The notes under the pieces: generated by a model
What the model was told of the DNA's origin: nothing
The model's database searches: none
What the model saw: the letters and a program-made list of their open reading frames with translations, nothing else
Assembly: GCA_965243485.1 (NCBI GenBank)
Contig: CBDEVP010000001.1
Location: 5,121,835 to 5,185,834, forward strand
Length of the DNA: 64,000 bases
Direction of reading: 5' to 3'
DNA from: Cyclobacteriaceae bacterium
GTDB lineage: Bacteria > Bacteroidota > Bacteroidia > Cytophagales > Cyclobacteriaceae
Translations under genes and position numbers: made by a program
In this document: positions 37,344 to 46,832 of the stretch, piece after piece
Position numbering within the stretch: the first letter of the stretch is position 1
Layout of the letters: each line of letters begins with the position of its first letter

Positions 37344-37925
37344 TTATCTGCCTGCGTCGGCGAAATATTTGCGTTTAAGTGTGGATACGGCCTTCCAAAT
37401 GAGATTGTAAACAGAATTGATGTTCATGTTTAGTATCCTGGCAGTGTCTTCATAGGAATTCCCCTCGAAAAAGATCATCACAACAGCTTCTCGTTGAGTC
37501 AGCGGAAGCTCGTTGATCATTATTCGGAGATTTTTTGAACGTAGGTCCTCGAAATCTTTGTCTGAAAAATCATCGTCATCACGATACAGGTAGGCTAGAT
37601 TTCCCTCATCATAGTCATTATTTAAATGCTCAAATTTCTTTTCAGCGACAAGTTTTTTTACTATTTCAGACCTTAGGGATTTATAAAGGTATGATTTGAC
37701 TTTTGTCACATTGGATAATCCTGACTGGTAAGTCCAGAGTGAGACAAAGAGCTCCTGGATAGCATCTAAAACAATCATTCTGTTTGGAACGATCAACATT
37801 CCAAAACTGAAAAGATCTTCAAAGAAGTGATCATATATCAGTCGAAATGCTTCCCTGTCACCCTGCTTGAGCAACAACCATAATTCGGCTGGATCTGTAG
37901 TAGTATAGGATTCGACCTTTTGCAT
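37344..37925 (-). CDS. ECF (sigma-70 family, group 4) RNA polymerase sigma factor
   Basis: 193 aa with region 2 (FRLIYDHFFEDLFSFG) and region 4 HTH (REAVVMIFFEGNSYEDTARILNMNINSVYNLIWKA). Sits upstream of the FecR gene. Confidence 0.85.
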   Translation of the reverse strand: MQKVESYTTTDPAELWLLLKQGDREAFRLIYDHFFEDLFSFGMLIVPNRMIVLDAIQELFVSLWTYQSGLSNVTKVKSYLYKSLRSEIVKKLVAEKKFEHLNNDYDEGNLAYLYRDDDDFSDKDFEDLRSKNLRIMINELPLTQREAVVMIFFEGNSYEDTARILNMNINSVYNLIWKAVSTLKRKYFADAGR

Positions 37926-38027
37926 CTTATTTTAAAATAAGTAAAATGTTATCTCTTTCAAGCGAACAAGATTAGGATTATTTTCAATATGGACTCTTTA
38001 TTTCAAATTCTAACAAATTCGTTAACC

Positions 38028-39455
38028 TCACTTAAGTCCAAAATCATATTGTTCCTGGGTATACCATTTGTGGTCCATCCGCTCACCCCAAATGAGTTGA
38101 AGCTTTTCATTGTAAAAGGGGTTGATCTCGGGCATGTCCGCATCTACCGACTCCAGCCACCCAAATAATTTTTCATTCAGGGATTTCGCTTTATCAGTTT
38201 GAGTTTCTGAAAGGTCAAATTGTTCTCCTATATCTTCCTTTAGATTGTAGAGTTCTACAGCTTCAGTTTCATAAAAATAGATGAGTTTGTAGTCTCCAGA
38301 TCTTATCGCCGATGCCGGCGTGGAATGATGATAGTGTGGGTAGTGCCAGAAAAGATCCCTGGAAGTAGATAGGGTGTTATTCTTCAGGTATGAAATAAAA
38401 CTTGTCCCATCCAACGTCTTTGAAACTTTTGCTCCAGTGAGCTCCAATATCGTTGGGAAAAAATCTACTACATGGACCATTTGGTCATTTGTTGTACCTG
38501 GTTTTACTTGACCAGGCCATACAGCCACAAAAGGTACCCTGATACCTCCTTCATACAGTGTTCCCTTTTCAGATCTGAGTGGCCAGTTGTGAGTTACAAG
38601 GGTCGGGTAGCCATTAAACAGGAAACCACGTTCTTCGATCACGCCTCCGTTATCAGAATAAAAGATGATCAGGGTGTTCTTATCAAGCCCGTTTTCCTTA
38701 AGCGCCTTTCTTATCCAACCGATCCCTTCATCCATTACTTCAGCCATGGCAGCATACGTGGGATCAATGGTTGTTCGGTTATTGGCCACAATTTTCTTGT
38801 ATTTGTCAACAAGTTCTTTCCTCGCCTCCGGTTTGGTATGGACCGCAGTAAATGAAACAAAACAGAAAAAGGGCTGATCCTTATTTTGTTCTATGAACTT
38901 CACAGATTCTCCCAAAATCTTGCCCGTTAACTTTTCAGGGTTTGCATCAATCCAGGATCGGAGATCATTTTGATACTTGCCCTTGAAAGGCTGATCCGAT
39001 ACATTCACGTATCCCTGATCATCAGGTTGGTAGTCCGGGCCATATCCGAGATGCCATTTTCCAAAGATCCCTGAAGTATATCCTACCTCAGAAATAGCTT
39101 CAGCAATAGTAACATGTTCCCTTTTCAACTTCCAGTAAATTTCCGGCGGGATCAGTTTGGCGTACGGTCTTCTGTGCCCGTTGGGAACCCCGGTCAGCTT
39201 TAGCCACGCAGAATATTGTCCGGTCTGGATCATCGCACGTGTAGGTGCACAGACGGGATCAGCATAAGCATTTGTGAATCGCATCCCTTCTTTGGCCAAT
39301 TGATCAATATTTGGTGTCTGTATGATCGGGTTGCCATAGCACCCGGGGTCTGACCAGCCCATGTCATCCGCAAGAATGAGCACGATGTTGGGCCTTTGCT
39401 GTCCTATGACCTCACAGGAAATCAAAATCAGAATGAAGATGAACGTCGATCTCAT
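38028..39455 (-). CDS. S1 sulfatase, lipoprotein
   Basis: The ORF track extends to 39641, but that extension crosses a terminator hairpin. MRSTFIFILILISC at 39455 gives a proper lipoprotein signal. LILADDMGWSDPGCYG and DPVCAPTRAMIQTGQY (CxPxR). Confidence 0.9.
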   Translation of the reverse strand: MRSTFIFILILISCEVIGQQRPNIVLILADDMGWSDPGCYGNPIIQTPNIDQLAKEGMRFTNAYADPVCAPTRAMIQTGQYSAWLKLTGVPNGHRRPYAKLIPPEIYWKLKREHVTIAEAISEVGYTSGIFGKWHLGYGPDYQPDDQGYVNVSDQPFKGKYQNDLRSWIDANPEKLTGKILGESVKFIEQNKDQPFFCFVSFTAVHTKPEARKELVDKYKKIVANNRTTIDPTYAAMAEVMDEGIGWIRKALKENGLDKNTLIIFYSDNGGVIEERGFLFNGYPTLVTHNWPLRSEKGTLYEGGIRVPFVAVWPGQVKPGTTNDQMVHVVDFFPTILELTGAKVSKTLDGTSFISYLKNNTLSTSRDLFWHYPHYHHSTPASAIRSGDYKLIYFYETEAVELYNLKEDIGEQFDLSETQTDKAKSLNEKLFGWLESVDADMPEINPFYNEKLQLIWGERMDHKWYTQEQYDFGLK

Positions 39456-39549
39456 GTACTGCAAAAAGTAAATAACCAAAGTATATATCCGGTTGAAGAG
39501 AATACTTTTAGAAATTGCCATTTTTATTTTGATTCTTGTGATTGCACAT

Positions 39550-39579
39550 AAAAAAAGTATCTGGCCATTAACCAGATAC
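39550..39579 (-). terminator. rho-independent terminator between susD and the downstream sulfatase
   Basis: 8-bp stem gtatctgg / ccagatac (39557-39564 and 39572-39579) with a 7-nt loop, followed on the minus strand by a 7-T run (39550-39556). Confidence 0.6.
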
Positions 39580-39660
39580 CTTTCTTTAAAATTAATGTTG
39601 TTTTGAACAATAGATTGCAATAGAACTATTGATTGGTTCAATAATCCTATTTTTAAGGTT

Positions 39661-39702
39661 TACCCCACGGCACCATGCATAATAAAATTGTGCCGTGGGG
39701 TA
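39661..39702 (-). terminator. 13-bp perfect inverted repeat just downstream of the susD stop; no T-run
   Basis: taccccacggcac (39661-39673) pairs with gtgccgtggggta (39690-39702) across a 16-nt loop. Confidence 0.4.
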
Positions 39703-39726
39703 ATTGAATTAATTACTTAATGCATT

Positions 39727-41316
39727 TTACCAACCCGGGTTTTGCGCAAGCACTCCACCTGAAACTTGAATTTCCTGTGCAGGTATGGCTAGTAGTTCAT
39801 AGCCTGGTTTGTATATCAGATTGGTTGCATTGAACCATTCTTCTACCCTGCCTGACCTAACCCAATGAAACCACAACTTGCCCCCCTCGGCAATACTCTC
39901 AATAATCACCTCTTTATGTAAAACGAAATCGAACTGATCATAAGTAAGATTGGCAGCAACTAAATCTACAGGCACTGGTGCAGGATTTGTGGCATTCCAC
40001 TCCGTTTCATTGCTTCCATCGGATAGGGTGACTCCCAGGGTCTCTGGAGGAGCTAAGAATTCTCCCCTGGCGCGAGCACGTAAAGCATTGATATAGCCGA
40101 CCGCCTGGTCATTTGGTCCATCATTCAGTTCATTTTCGATTTCGGCCAACATTAAAAGCACATCTGCATATTGCATCAAATGCTGATCTCTTGATCTTTG
40201 CACAGATCCCTGATTATCTCTCTGGAATTTACGGATTCTCAATGCACCCGGCTGCACCCTGTTGTCCGGATTCGGTTCCCATGTCGAAATAAATCGAAAA
40301 TCATTGAAGCTAAACAAAGGATCGATATTTTCATCGTAAAAATCGATCATATATTGCCACATGGGTCTGTTGGCATTATTTAAATAAAATTGACCCATGC
40401 CCAGATCCGGGCGAGCGTGAATGCCGAAGATCTCCTCCTTACCCAGTTCATTTTCGGGTTTGGTGACGATAAAATTCTCGGTGTAAACGATATTATTCTG
40501 GAAATCTTCCTCCAAAGCATAGGTGAATGGAGATTTGGCCAGGTGTGGAGAGGACGGGTCAACTAATTGCTCAAGCTCAGTTTTGGCCAATTGGAAATGA
40601 GAATCTCCCAGACTTAGAGGTCTTTGAGCCATGGTCAGGTAAGCCTGCCCAAGATAAGCAATGGCTGCACCACGTGTCGGCCTTCCGAGATCCGGATAGG
40701 TGCCCGTATAGCTTATTGGTAGGTTTGCTTTAGCAATTTCAAGGTCTGGAATAATAATCTGCTCATACACTTCTTGCGCAGGGCTTCTTGGCAATAATGC
40801 TGCGCTTGGATCGGCAGTAGGATCAGTCTGCATTGGCAGGTCTCCCCATAACCGAACAGCATAAAAATAAGTGAAAGCTCTAAAGAAATGGGCTTCACCT
40901 AAAAACTGTCTTCGGGCTTCCTCTGAAATAGAACCTTCAGGCATGTTGCTTACGCCATCAATGATGATATTGCAGATATTGATCAACTGATAAGATCCGC
41001 TCCACGCTCCATATATCCATGGGGTAGTTGAATTGGATGGAGGAGGTAAATTTGGAGGATTTTCATGATCCATCACTGGGGTTCCGTAATAGTATTCCAT
41101 TTCCCAAAGTATCCTTGACATGTTGTTACTATATAATCCACTGGAAAACAGCACTGAATAAATACCATCCACAGTCAATTGTGCATTTCTCTCATTGTCA
41201 AATGCTCCGGCAGGGTCTAAAAAATTTAGCGGTTCTTCTTCAAGAATATCCTCACACGCTGAAATAGTAAATAGCATAAATACCATTCCTAATAATAATG
41301 TCTTATATATTTTCAT
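39727..41316 (-). CDS. SusD/RagB family lipoprotein
   Basis: 529 aa with a lipoprotein signal (TISAC). Sits 30 nt downstream of a SusC-like gene. Confidence 0.9.
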   Translation of the reverse strand: MKIYKTLLLGMVFMLFTISACEDILEEEPLNFLDPAGAFDNERNAQLTVDGIYSVLFSSGLYSNNMSRILWEMEYYYGTPVMDHENPPNLPPPSNSTTPWIYGAWSGSYQLINICNIIIDGVSNMPEGSISEEARRQFLGEAHFFRAFTYFYAVRLWGDLPMQTDPTADPSAALLPRSPAQEVYEQIIIPDLEIAKANLPISYTGTYPDLGRPTRGAAIAYLGQAYLTMAQRPLSLGDSHFQLAKTELEQLVDPSSPHLAKSPFTYALEEDFQNNIVYTENFIVTKPENELGKEEIFGIHARPDLGMGQFYLNNANRPMWQYMIDFYDENIDPLFSFNDFRFISTWEPNPDNRVQPGALRIRKFQRDNQGSVQRSRDQHLMQYADVLLMLAEIENELNDGPNDQAVGYINALRARARGEFLAPPETLGVTLSDGSNETEWNATNPAPVPVDLVAANLTYDQFDFVLHKEVIIESIAEGGKLWFHWVRSGRVEEWFNATNLIYKPGYELLAIPAQEIQVSGGVLAQNPGW

Positions 41317-41346
41317 CTTACTATGATTTAAAATCCAAAATATGTT

Positions 41347-44300
41347 CTACAGGCCTACCTGTAATCCGAATGTTACAGATCGCGCCCGGGGGTATGCTCC
41401 CGTATCTACACCTAATCTGGGGGCTCCAAAAGCACCGCCCTGGTTATTGACTTCAGGATCAAAACCGGAATAATCGGTCAACGTCAAAAGATTTTGGCCG
41501 GAAACATAAACCCTCAAAGACTTGATCCAACCAATTAAACCTGCTGGCGCAGTGTAACCAAACATGATATTCTGAAGTCGTACATAGCTTCCGTTTTCAA
41601 TCATCCGGTCATTGACGACGTCATCTCTTGGCAAAATCTGATAGGCAGGGTATTTCGCGTTAACATTTTCCGGGGTCCACATATTCTCAAGATAGTCCCG
41701 GGAGGGTACACCACCTTCATATGTGTTCAGTCCGAATTCGTATTGGCTTTTATTTGCATTCAATACATCCTGACCGAAAACTCCCTGGATAAAAAGTTTC
41801 AAATCAAAATTATTATACCTGAAAGTGTTGTTCCATCCGAAGATAAAATCCGGATTGGGATTTCCAATGACGCGGACATCCTCCCCGTTAATCACACCAT
41901 TTCCATCGACATCCTCGTACTTAAATACTCCCGGTCGATTATTTCCATTAAAGGTTGGATAACCATTGTCAATATCCTCCTGACTCATTAGTCCGACAAC
42001 GGGTCTTCCCCAAAATAGCCCAACCTCCTGACCTTCAATCAATACGTGAGTTGGGATAGATCCATTTACTGAGGCACCTATAGTAAGTGTGTCGGTGTCT
42101 GCAAGCTTGACAACTTTTGATTTGTTGTGGCTGTAATTAAATGAAGTAGACCAGGTAAAAGGTCCTTTGACCACAACATCCATACCCAGATCAATCTCGA
42201 AGCCCCTGTTTTCAATAATGCCGACATTATCTAAAATGCTGGTGAATCCGGATTGTGCTGGCAGCGGCACATTTTGGAGAAGATCCTCGGTTCTTTTGCT
42301 ATAAAAATCCGTTGTTAATCTAAATCGATTATTGATCAATCCCACATCTAATCCCAGGTTGAACTGACCTGTCTGTTCCCATCGAAGGTTTTGATTTCCC
42401 GGATTTTGTGGAATAAACCCGGTAATTACAGAACCATCACCAAGAGGATATCTTCCGTCAATACCAGGACCTCCAATCCCAAAAGCTGCCAGGGACTGAT
42501 AAGGAGAGATGGCTTGATTTCCGGAAAAACCATAGCTTACTCTAACCTTTAACATGTCAATGGCAGTTACATCTTCCAAGAAGGCTTCGTCAGACAATCT
42601 CCAGGCAACTGCTCCGGAAGGAAAGAAGGCGTATTTGTTGTTCTTAGCAAAAACGCTTGACCCATCATAACGACCAGTGAAATTGAATAAATACCGATCC
42701 AACAATGTGTAAGATATCCTACTATAGTATGACAATAGCGTACTTTCAGATCCAAACCTATTGTATCTGTCATTGAAAGCTGCCTGAGAAAAATCATTAA
42801 TTCCTAATGACTGAACAGTGTAATCATAGCCATTAAGTACATTGCTCCATCGGGTAGTTTGCTGAAACGAGTATCCAGCAACAACCTCCAAATTACTTGA
42901 TCCAAAATCTTTGGTGATCGTTGCGAAGTTTTCGAATAAATAGTCATTGGATTTTATATCGCCCAAAATCCCCAGGCCGTTTAATTGCCAACCTCTTGAG
43001 GTATTCCTTGGAAAGAAAGATTCTCGAACCTCATTTCTAACCGTCGCTCCACCCAGGAAGTTAATTTTAAGGAAATCCCATGGCTTCCAGGCAACGTCAA
43101 GGTTTGCCAATGTCAGGTCAGTGAAATTCTTGACATGAGCATCATTGATTTCCCTTAATGGATTATAGGTCAAAACCCTTGAATCACCTTTTTGACCCCC
43201 AAAATTTAGTAATGTCAAATCATTTTCATCATCAATCGGATCAGTTGGTCGCGTAATCGGATTAGCCTTTAAAATGGAAATAACCGTAGGATATCCTGCA
43301 CCCGTACTGGTAACATTTGTTGCTGAAGTAACTGTCCTTGACGCATCTGTCCTACTGTAGTTGACATTCAAATCAACGGTAACTTTAGAGGATAAATCAG
43401 CAGAAATGTTGGCTCGTAATCCACCACGTGAAAACCCAGTACCGGTGACGATACCCTCTTCATTTAGATAATTACCTGACATATAGTACCGAACACTTTT
43501 AGAGCCGCCGGTAAAGTTCAATTGATAATTTTGAGCGTATCCGGTCCTGAGAATTTCATCAAACCAGTTTGTACCTTCCCCATAGGTCTGGGCAATCTGA
43601 TCAGGTGTCGCTCCATTAGCTGTAGTATACCTTTTGCCAACTCCATTAAAAAGAGCATCCTGCCGATCATTTTCATATTGTGCAAATTGCTGAGCATTGG
43701 CCAATTCTATAGGTTGGCTGATGACACCCGAAAAGCTGGAGAAATGCTGAAACTCTACAACTCCATTTCCTTCTTTACCGCTTTTGGTGGTAATAATTAC
43801 AACACCATTTGAGCCTCTTGACCCATAAATAGCTGTAGCAGAGGCATCCTTCAATACCTCTACAGATTCAATATCATTCGGATTAATGTTTGCTAGCGGA
43901 TTAATTGGTATACCTCCCGGATTACCAGCTCCGCTAATTGATACCAGAATAGGAAATCCATCCACTACATATAATGGTTCACTTGATGCGAGAAGGGAAT
44001 TGGTTCCTCTAACCCGAATACTTATTCCCCCACCTGGCTCAGCGGATGTTTGTGTAACCTGGACACCGGCAACGCGACCCTGGAGGCCCTGTTCAAAACT
44101 GCGGTTGGGCATCTCGCTCATGACATCTCCATCCAAAGAAACAACAGAACCGGTCAAATCTTTCTTTTTAGTGGCGCCATAGCCCACCACAACAATCTCT
44201 TCAAGTGCAGTAACATCGGCGGACAAAGAGGCATCAATGACTGACCTCCCGGCTATTTGAACTTCCATCGTTTGATACCCCACAAAAGAGATAATCAATG

Positions 44301-44832
44301 TTGCATCCTGGGAAACACTCAATGAATATTTACCGTCAATATCTGTGACAGTTCCGTTAGCAGTTCCTTTTTCAATTACCGAAGCACCCGGAAGACCTAA
44401 ACCAGTCTCATCAGTGATGACGCCGGTAATCTGCTGCTGTTCGGAAACGATATCAATAAGAAGCTCCTGACCAGCCGATGCAGGCTTTACGTTAATAGTT
44501 TCATTGATCCTACGGAAAGATAGTCTTGATTGCTCCGATACCTCTCTTAGCAGGTTTGCAAGTGTCCAACTATCTCCAGAGAGAGTGATTGGTTCTCTTG
44601 GCAATTCACTTTCCTTAAATGCAAATGTGAATTCAGTTGAAGATTCAATCTTCCTGAAGATCTTTTTTACGTTCTCAGAATTAAATTCAGCTTTGATATG
44701 AATTTCTTCCAGGCTTTTCTGCGCATTCCCTTCAATAGCAAATGCGAAGGAATACAAAGAGAGTTGGATCACGATGCCATATAAAGCATACTTCGACATT
44801 CGAATTAGAATTTTTCGTAATTTTGATTTCAT
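41347..44832 (-). CDS. SusC-type TonB-dependent receptor with N-terminal STN signalling domain
   Basis: 1161 aa. STN-like block (IHIKAEFNSENVKKIFRKIESSTEFTFAF), carboxypeptidase-like domain (GVITDETGLGLPGASVIEKG), plug and barrel. Alternative start at Met12 (44799). Confidence 0.9.
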   Translation of the reverse strand: MKSKLRKILIRMSKYALYGIVIQLSLYSFAFAIEGNAQKSLEEIHIKAEFNSENVKKIFRKIESSTEFTFAFKESELPREPITLSGDSWTLANLLREVSEQSRLSFRRINETINVKPASAGQELLIDIVSEQQQITGVITDETGLGLPGASVIEKGTANGTVTDIDGKYSLSVSQDATLIISFVGYQTMEVQIAGRSVIDASLSADVTALEEIVVVGYGATKKKDLTGSVVSLDGDVMSEMPNRSFEQGLQGRVAGVQVTQTSAEPGGGISIRVRGTNSLLASSEPLYVVDGFPILVSISGAGNPGGIPINPLANINPNDIESVEVLKDASATAIYGSRGSNGVVIITTKSGKEGNGVVEFQHFSSFSGVISQPIELANAQQFAQYENDRQDALFNGVGKRYTTANGATPDQIAQTYGEGTNWFDEILRTGYAQNYQLNFTGGSKSVRYYMSGNYLNEEGIVTGTGFSRGGLRANISADLSSKVTVDLNVNYSRTDASRTVTSATNVTSTGAGYPTVISILKANPITRPTDPIDDENDLTLLNFGGQKGDSRVLTYNPLREINDAHVKNFTDLTLANLDVAWKPWDFLKINFLGGATVRNEVRESFFPRNTSRGWQLNGLGILGDIKSNDYLFENFATITKDFGSSNLEVVAGYSFQQTTRWSNVLNGYDYTVQSLGINDFSQAAFNDRYNRFGSESTLLSYYSRISYTLLDRYLFNFTGRYDGSSVFAKNNKYAFFPSGAVAWRLSDEAFLEDVTAIDMLKVRVSYGFSGNQAISPYQSLAAFGIGGPGIDGRYPLGDGSVITGFIPQNPGNQNLRWEQTGQFNLGLDVGLINNRFRLTTDFYSKRTEDLLQNVPLPAQSGFTSILDNVGIIENRGFEIDLGMDVVVKGPFTWSTSFNYSHNKSKVVKLADTDTLTIGASVNGSIPTHVLIEGQEVGLFWGRPVVGLMSQEDIDNGYPTFNGNNRPGVFKYEDVDGNGVINGEDVRVIGNPNPDFIFGWNNTFRYNNFDLKLFIQGVFGQDVLNANKSQYEFGLNTYEGGVPSRDYLENMWTPENVNAKYPAYQILPRDDVVNDRMIENGSYVRLQNIMFGYTAPAGLIGWIKSLRVYVSGQNLLTLTDYSGFDPEVNNQGGAFGAPRLGVDTGAYPRARSVTFGLQVGL

Positions 44833-44868
44833 TAGTTTGGTTTTTAGGTGATAAATCTGAAGCCATCA

Positions 44869-44924
44869 AAAATCCATGAGCGTTGGAAATTCATTTTGCC
44901 GATGCTTTCCAACCTCGTGGATTT
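44869..44924 (-). terminator. terminator-like long imperfect hairpin between fecR and susC
   Basis: On the minus strand, AAATCCACGAGGTTGGAAA..(about 16 nt loop)..TTTCCAACGCTCATGGATTT is followed by TTGATGG, so the stem end plus tail reads GGATTTTTG. Confidence 0.5.
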
Positions 44925-44964
44925 ATTTTGCGCTCCTTTCACAAAAGATGTTTCATAAGCGTCT

Positions 44965-45960
44965 TTATTTAATGATTACTTTATTGTTGTTGATATAAAA
45001 GTCAAAATCGTAGATGAAAGCAATGCCCTTCATCACAGAGTCCAGTGATTTATCCTGGTATTCTCCGGTAAAGTCCTTTTTACTGTCTATTTCCGTCAAT
45101 ATCTCAAATTCAACCCCATACCACCTTTGCAAGGTCCTGATCACCTGATCAAAGCTGGCATTCTCGAAGTACAAAATCTTATCCTTCCAACTGAGGATTT
45201 CTTTTCTGTCAAATGAAGTTTTGATCAATCCATTTGAACTAATATGCCTTGTAGCCATCTCATTTTCCTCAATGATGAAGCCAGACTCACGATCCCTGAT
45301 TGAAGACACTGAAACCTTGCCACGATCTACGGCTACGGTAATTTTCTCCTCATCTGGATAGGCACTTACATTAAAAGCAGTACCCAGAACCCTTACCTCA
45401 AGATCCGTTGTAGTAATGATAAACGGATGGTCTTTGTCTTCTATAACTTCAAAAAAAGCCTCTCCTTCCAGTTTTACCTCCCGGTAATCTCCGATGAATT
45501 GATCCGGGGCTATTAACTTACTCCCGGCATTTAATTTTACCTTACTCCCATCGGGTAACTGGATATTTATCTTTTGACCATTAAGACTGATCCGTTCGAG
45601 ATAATTTATAGGTTGAGCTATTTCCTGATTCTTATAATAATTATTCTGATAAAGCAATACACCAATAAAGAATCCTATGACCAGCACAGCAGCTATCTTG
45701 GAGAAATTGACAATCATTTTTTCTGAATTGCCTTTGTTTTCAATTGGCTCTTCAAATGCCATTTCGTCATTAAGCTTCTCCCAAACCCTTTCTTTGGCAT
45801 ATTTATTCTGTCTGAGATCTACTTTCCAGAAGGTCTCTACTTTAGCCAGCACTTCCCGGTTATTGTCATTTTCTTCTAACCATTTTGACAAAGTGTGCTG
45901 GTCCTCAATACTCATCTCATCATTGAGGTATCTTAGTATTATTTCATTTATATAATTCAA
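44965..45960 (-). CDS. FecR family anti-sigma factor
   Basis: 331 aa with a single TM segment (IAAVLVIGFFIGVLLY), a FecR periplasmic domain and a C-terminal LQRWYGVEFEI block. Confidence 0.85.
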   Translation of the reverse strand: MNYINEIILRYLNDEMSIEDQHTLSKWLEENDNNREVLAKVETFWKVDLRQNKYAKERVWEKLNDEMAFEEPIENKGNSEKMIVNFSKIAAVLVIGFFIGVLLYQNNYYKNQEIAQPINYLERISLNGQKINIQLPDGSKVKLNAGSKLIAPDQFIGDYREVKLEGEAFFEVIEDKDHPFIITTTDLEVRVLGTAFNVSAYPDEEKITVAVDRGKVSVSSIRDRESGFIIEENEMATRHISSNGLIKTSFDRKEILSWKDKILYFENASFDQVIRTLQRWYGVEFEILTEIDSKKDFTGEYQDKSLDSVMKGIAFIYDFDFYINNNKVIIK

Positions 45961-46103
45961 GGTAGCTGAATTGTGATGTATCTATATTAAAGAGTACTAA
46001 AAGTTGATTCAGACACACTCCGGCAATAATATTTACATATTCAATGAAATATCTGCTTAAACATTTAATGAAATAACAATAAATAGGAAATATATTGTGA
46101 ATA

Positions 46104-46739
46104 TTATAACAATTCAGAAAGTATCGCAATCCAGAACATGATAATGAATGATCCAAGATTGGTGTAGTTGTTTGATGTATAGTTCTGAATTTCCAGGTAG
46201 GTAGTTACTTTCTCTCTGATCACATAGACAGCCTTCAGTAAGTGGTTCTTTACAGTACCTTCGGAGATACCCAGCTCCGTTGCGACTTCCGAGTTTCTTT
46301 TACCCTCCTCCTTAATCATAGAGTAGACCAACTTGCATTGATCAGGTAGGTCTTCCACAGCTTTAAATAAAATCGACTGCAATTCCTTCCCAATATATAT
46401 CTCTTCAGGATCACTTTTCTCCATTTGGTTGATGCTGTTCAGATCCTGACCAGCGAGTTGTTGGATATTTTTAGTAACTGCTCTGATAGCAAGATTCTTT
46501 ACGGAAATGAAAAGATATGATTGTATCTTAAGGATACCTTCCGTTTGCGATCTCATATTCCAGAGATTCATAAATACTTCAGAAACCACATCTTCAGCTA
46601 TTTGCGAATCTTTCACGATGCTGATTACATAGGTATAGAGCTTATCAAAGTTTTCCTCATACACCTGCTTAAACCATTCATGGCTTGAGTGATCTTTTTC
46701 ACTTTTTAAAACCCTGGTGTTTGATCGATGCTTAAGCAT
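46104..46739 (-). CDS. ECF sigma factor
   Basis: 211 aa with region 2 (FDKLYTYVISIVKDSQIAEDVVSEVF) and region 4 HTH (NSEVATELGISEGTVKNHLLKA). It carries an unusual hydrophobic C-terminal tail of about 25 aa (LGSFIIMFWIAILSELL). Confidence 0.8.
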   Translation of the reverse strand: MLKHRSNTRVLKSEKDHSSHEWFKQVYEENFDKLYTYVISIVKDSQIAEDVVSEVFMNLWNMRSQTEGILKIQSYLFISVKNLAIRAVTKNIQQLAGQDLNSINQMEKSDPEEIYIGKELQSILFKAVEDLPDQCKLVYSMIKEEGKRNSEVATELGISEGTVKNHLLKAVYVIREKVTTYLEIQNYTSNNYTNLGSFIIMFWIAILSELL

Positions 46740-46832
46740 TGTGAAATTGGCAAATCAAGATATCAAAAGAATGGTATTTTCGAATATTTGATAAAATAAT
46801 GACTATTTCAAATAATTTTTTCATTTTAAATT

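Noticed and set aside
39456-39641. A 62-aa N-terminal extension of the sulfatase ORF (start at 39641).
   Set aside because: The extension runs through a hairpin + T-run terminator (39550-39579). It has no signal-peptide character. The internal Met at 39455 gives a standard lipoprotein signal directly before the sulfatase core.
45944-46156. A 70-aa minus-strand ORF bridging the sigma/FecR gap of module C.
   Set aside because: It overlaps the 3' end of the sigma gene and the 5' end of fecR. Its composition is AT-driven (Tyr/Ile/Asn/Phe-rich) and it has no motif. The gap is better explained as an intergenic spacer.
46104-46180. The hydrophobic C-terminal tail of the module-C ECF sigma factor as a membrane anchor (a fused sigma/anti-sigma-like feature).
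   Set aside because: It is a single short hydrophobic stretch at the very end of the ORF in AT-rich sequence. It could simply reflect a late stop codon. I cannot evaluate this without homolog comparison.
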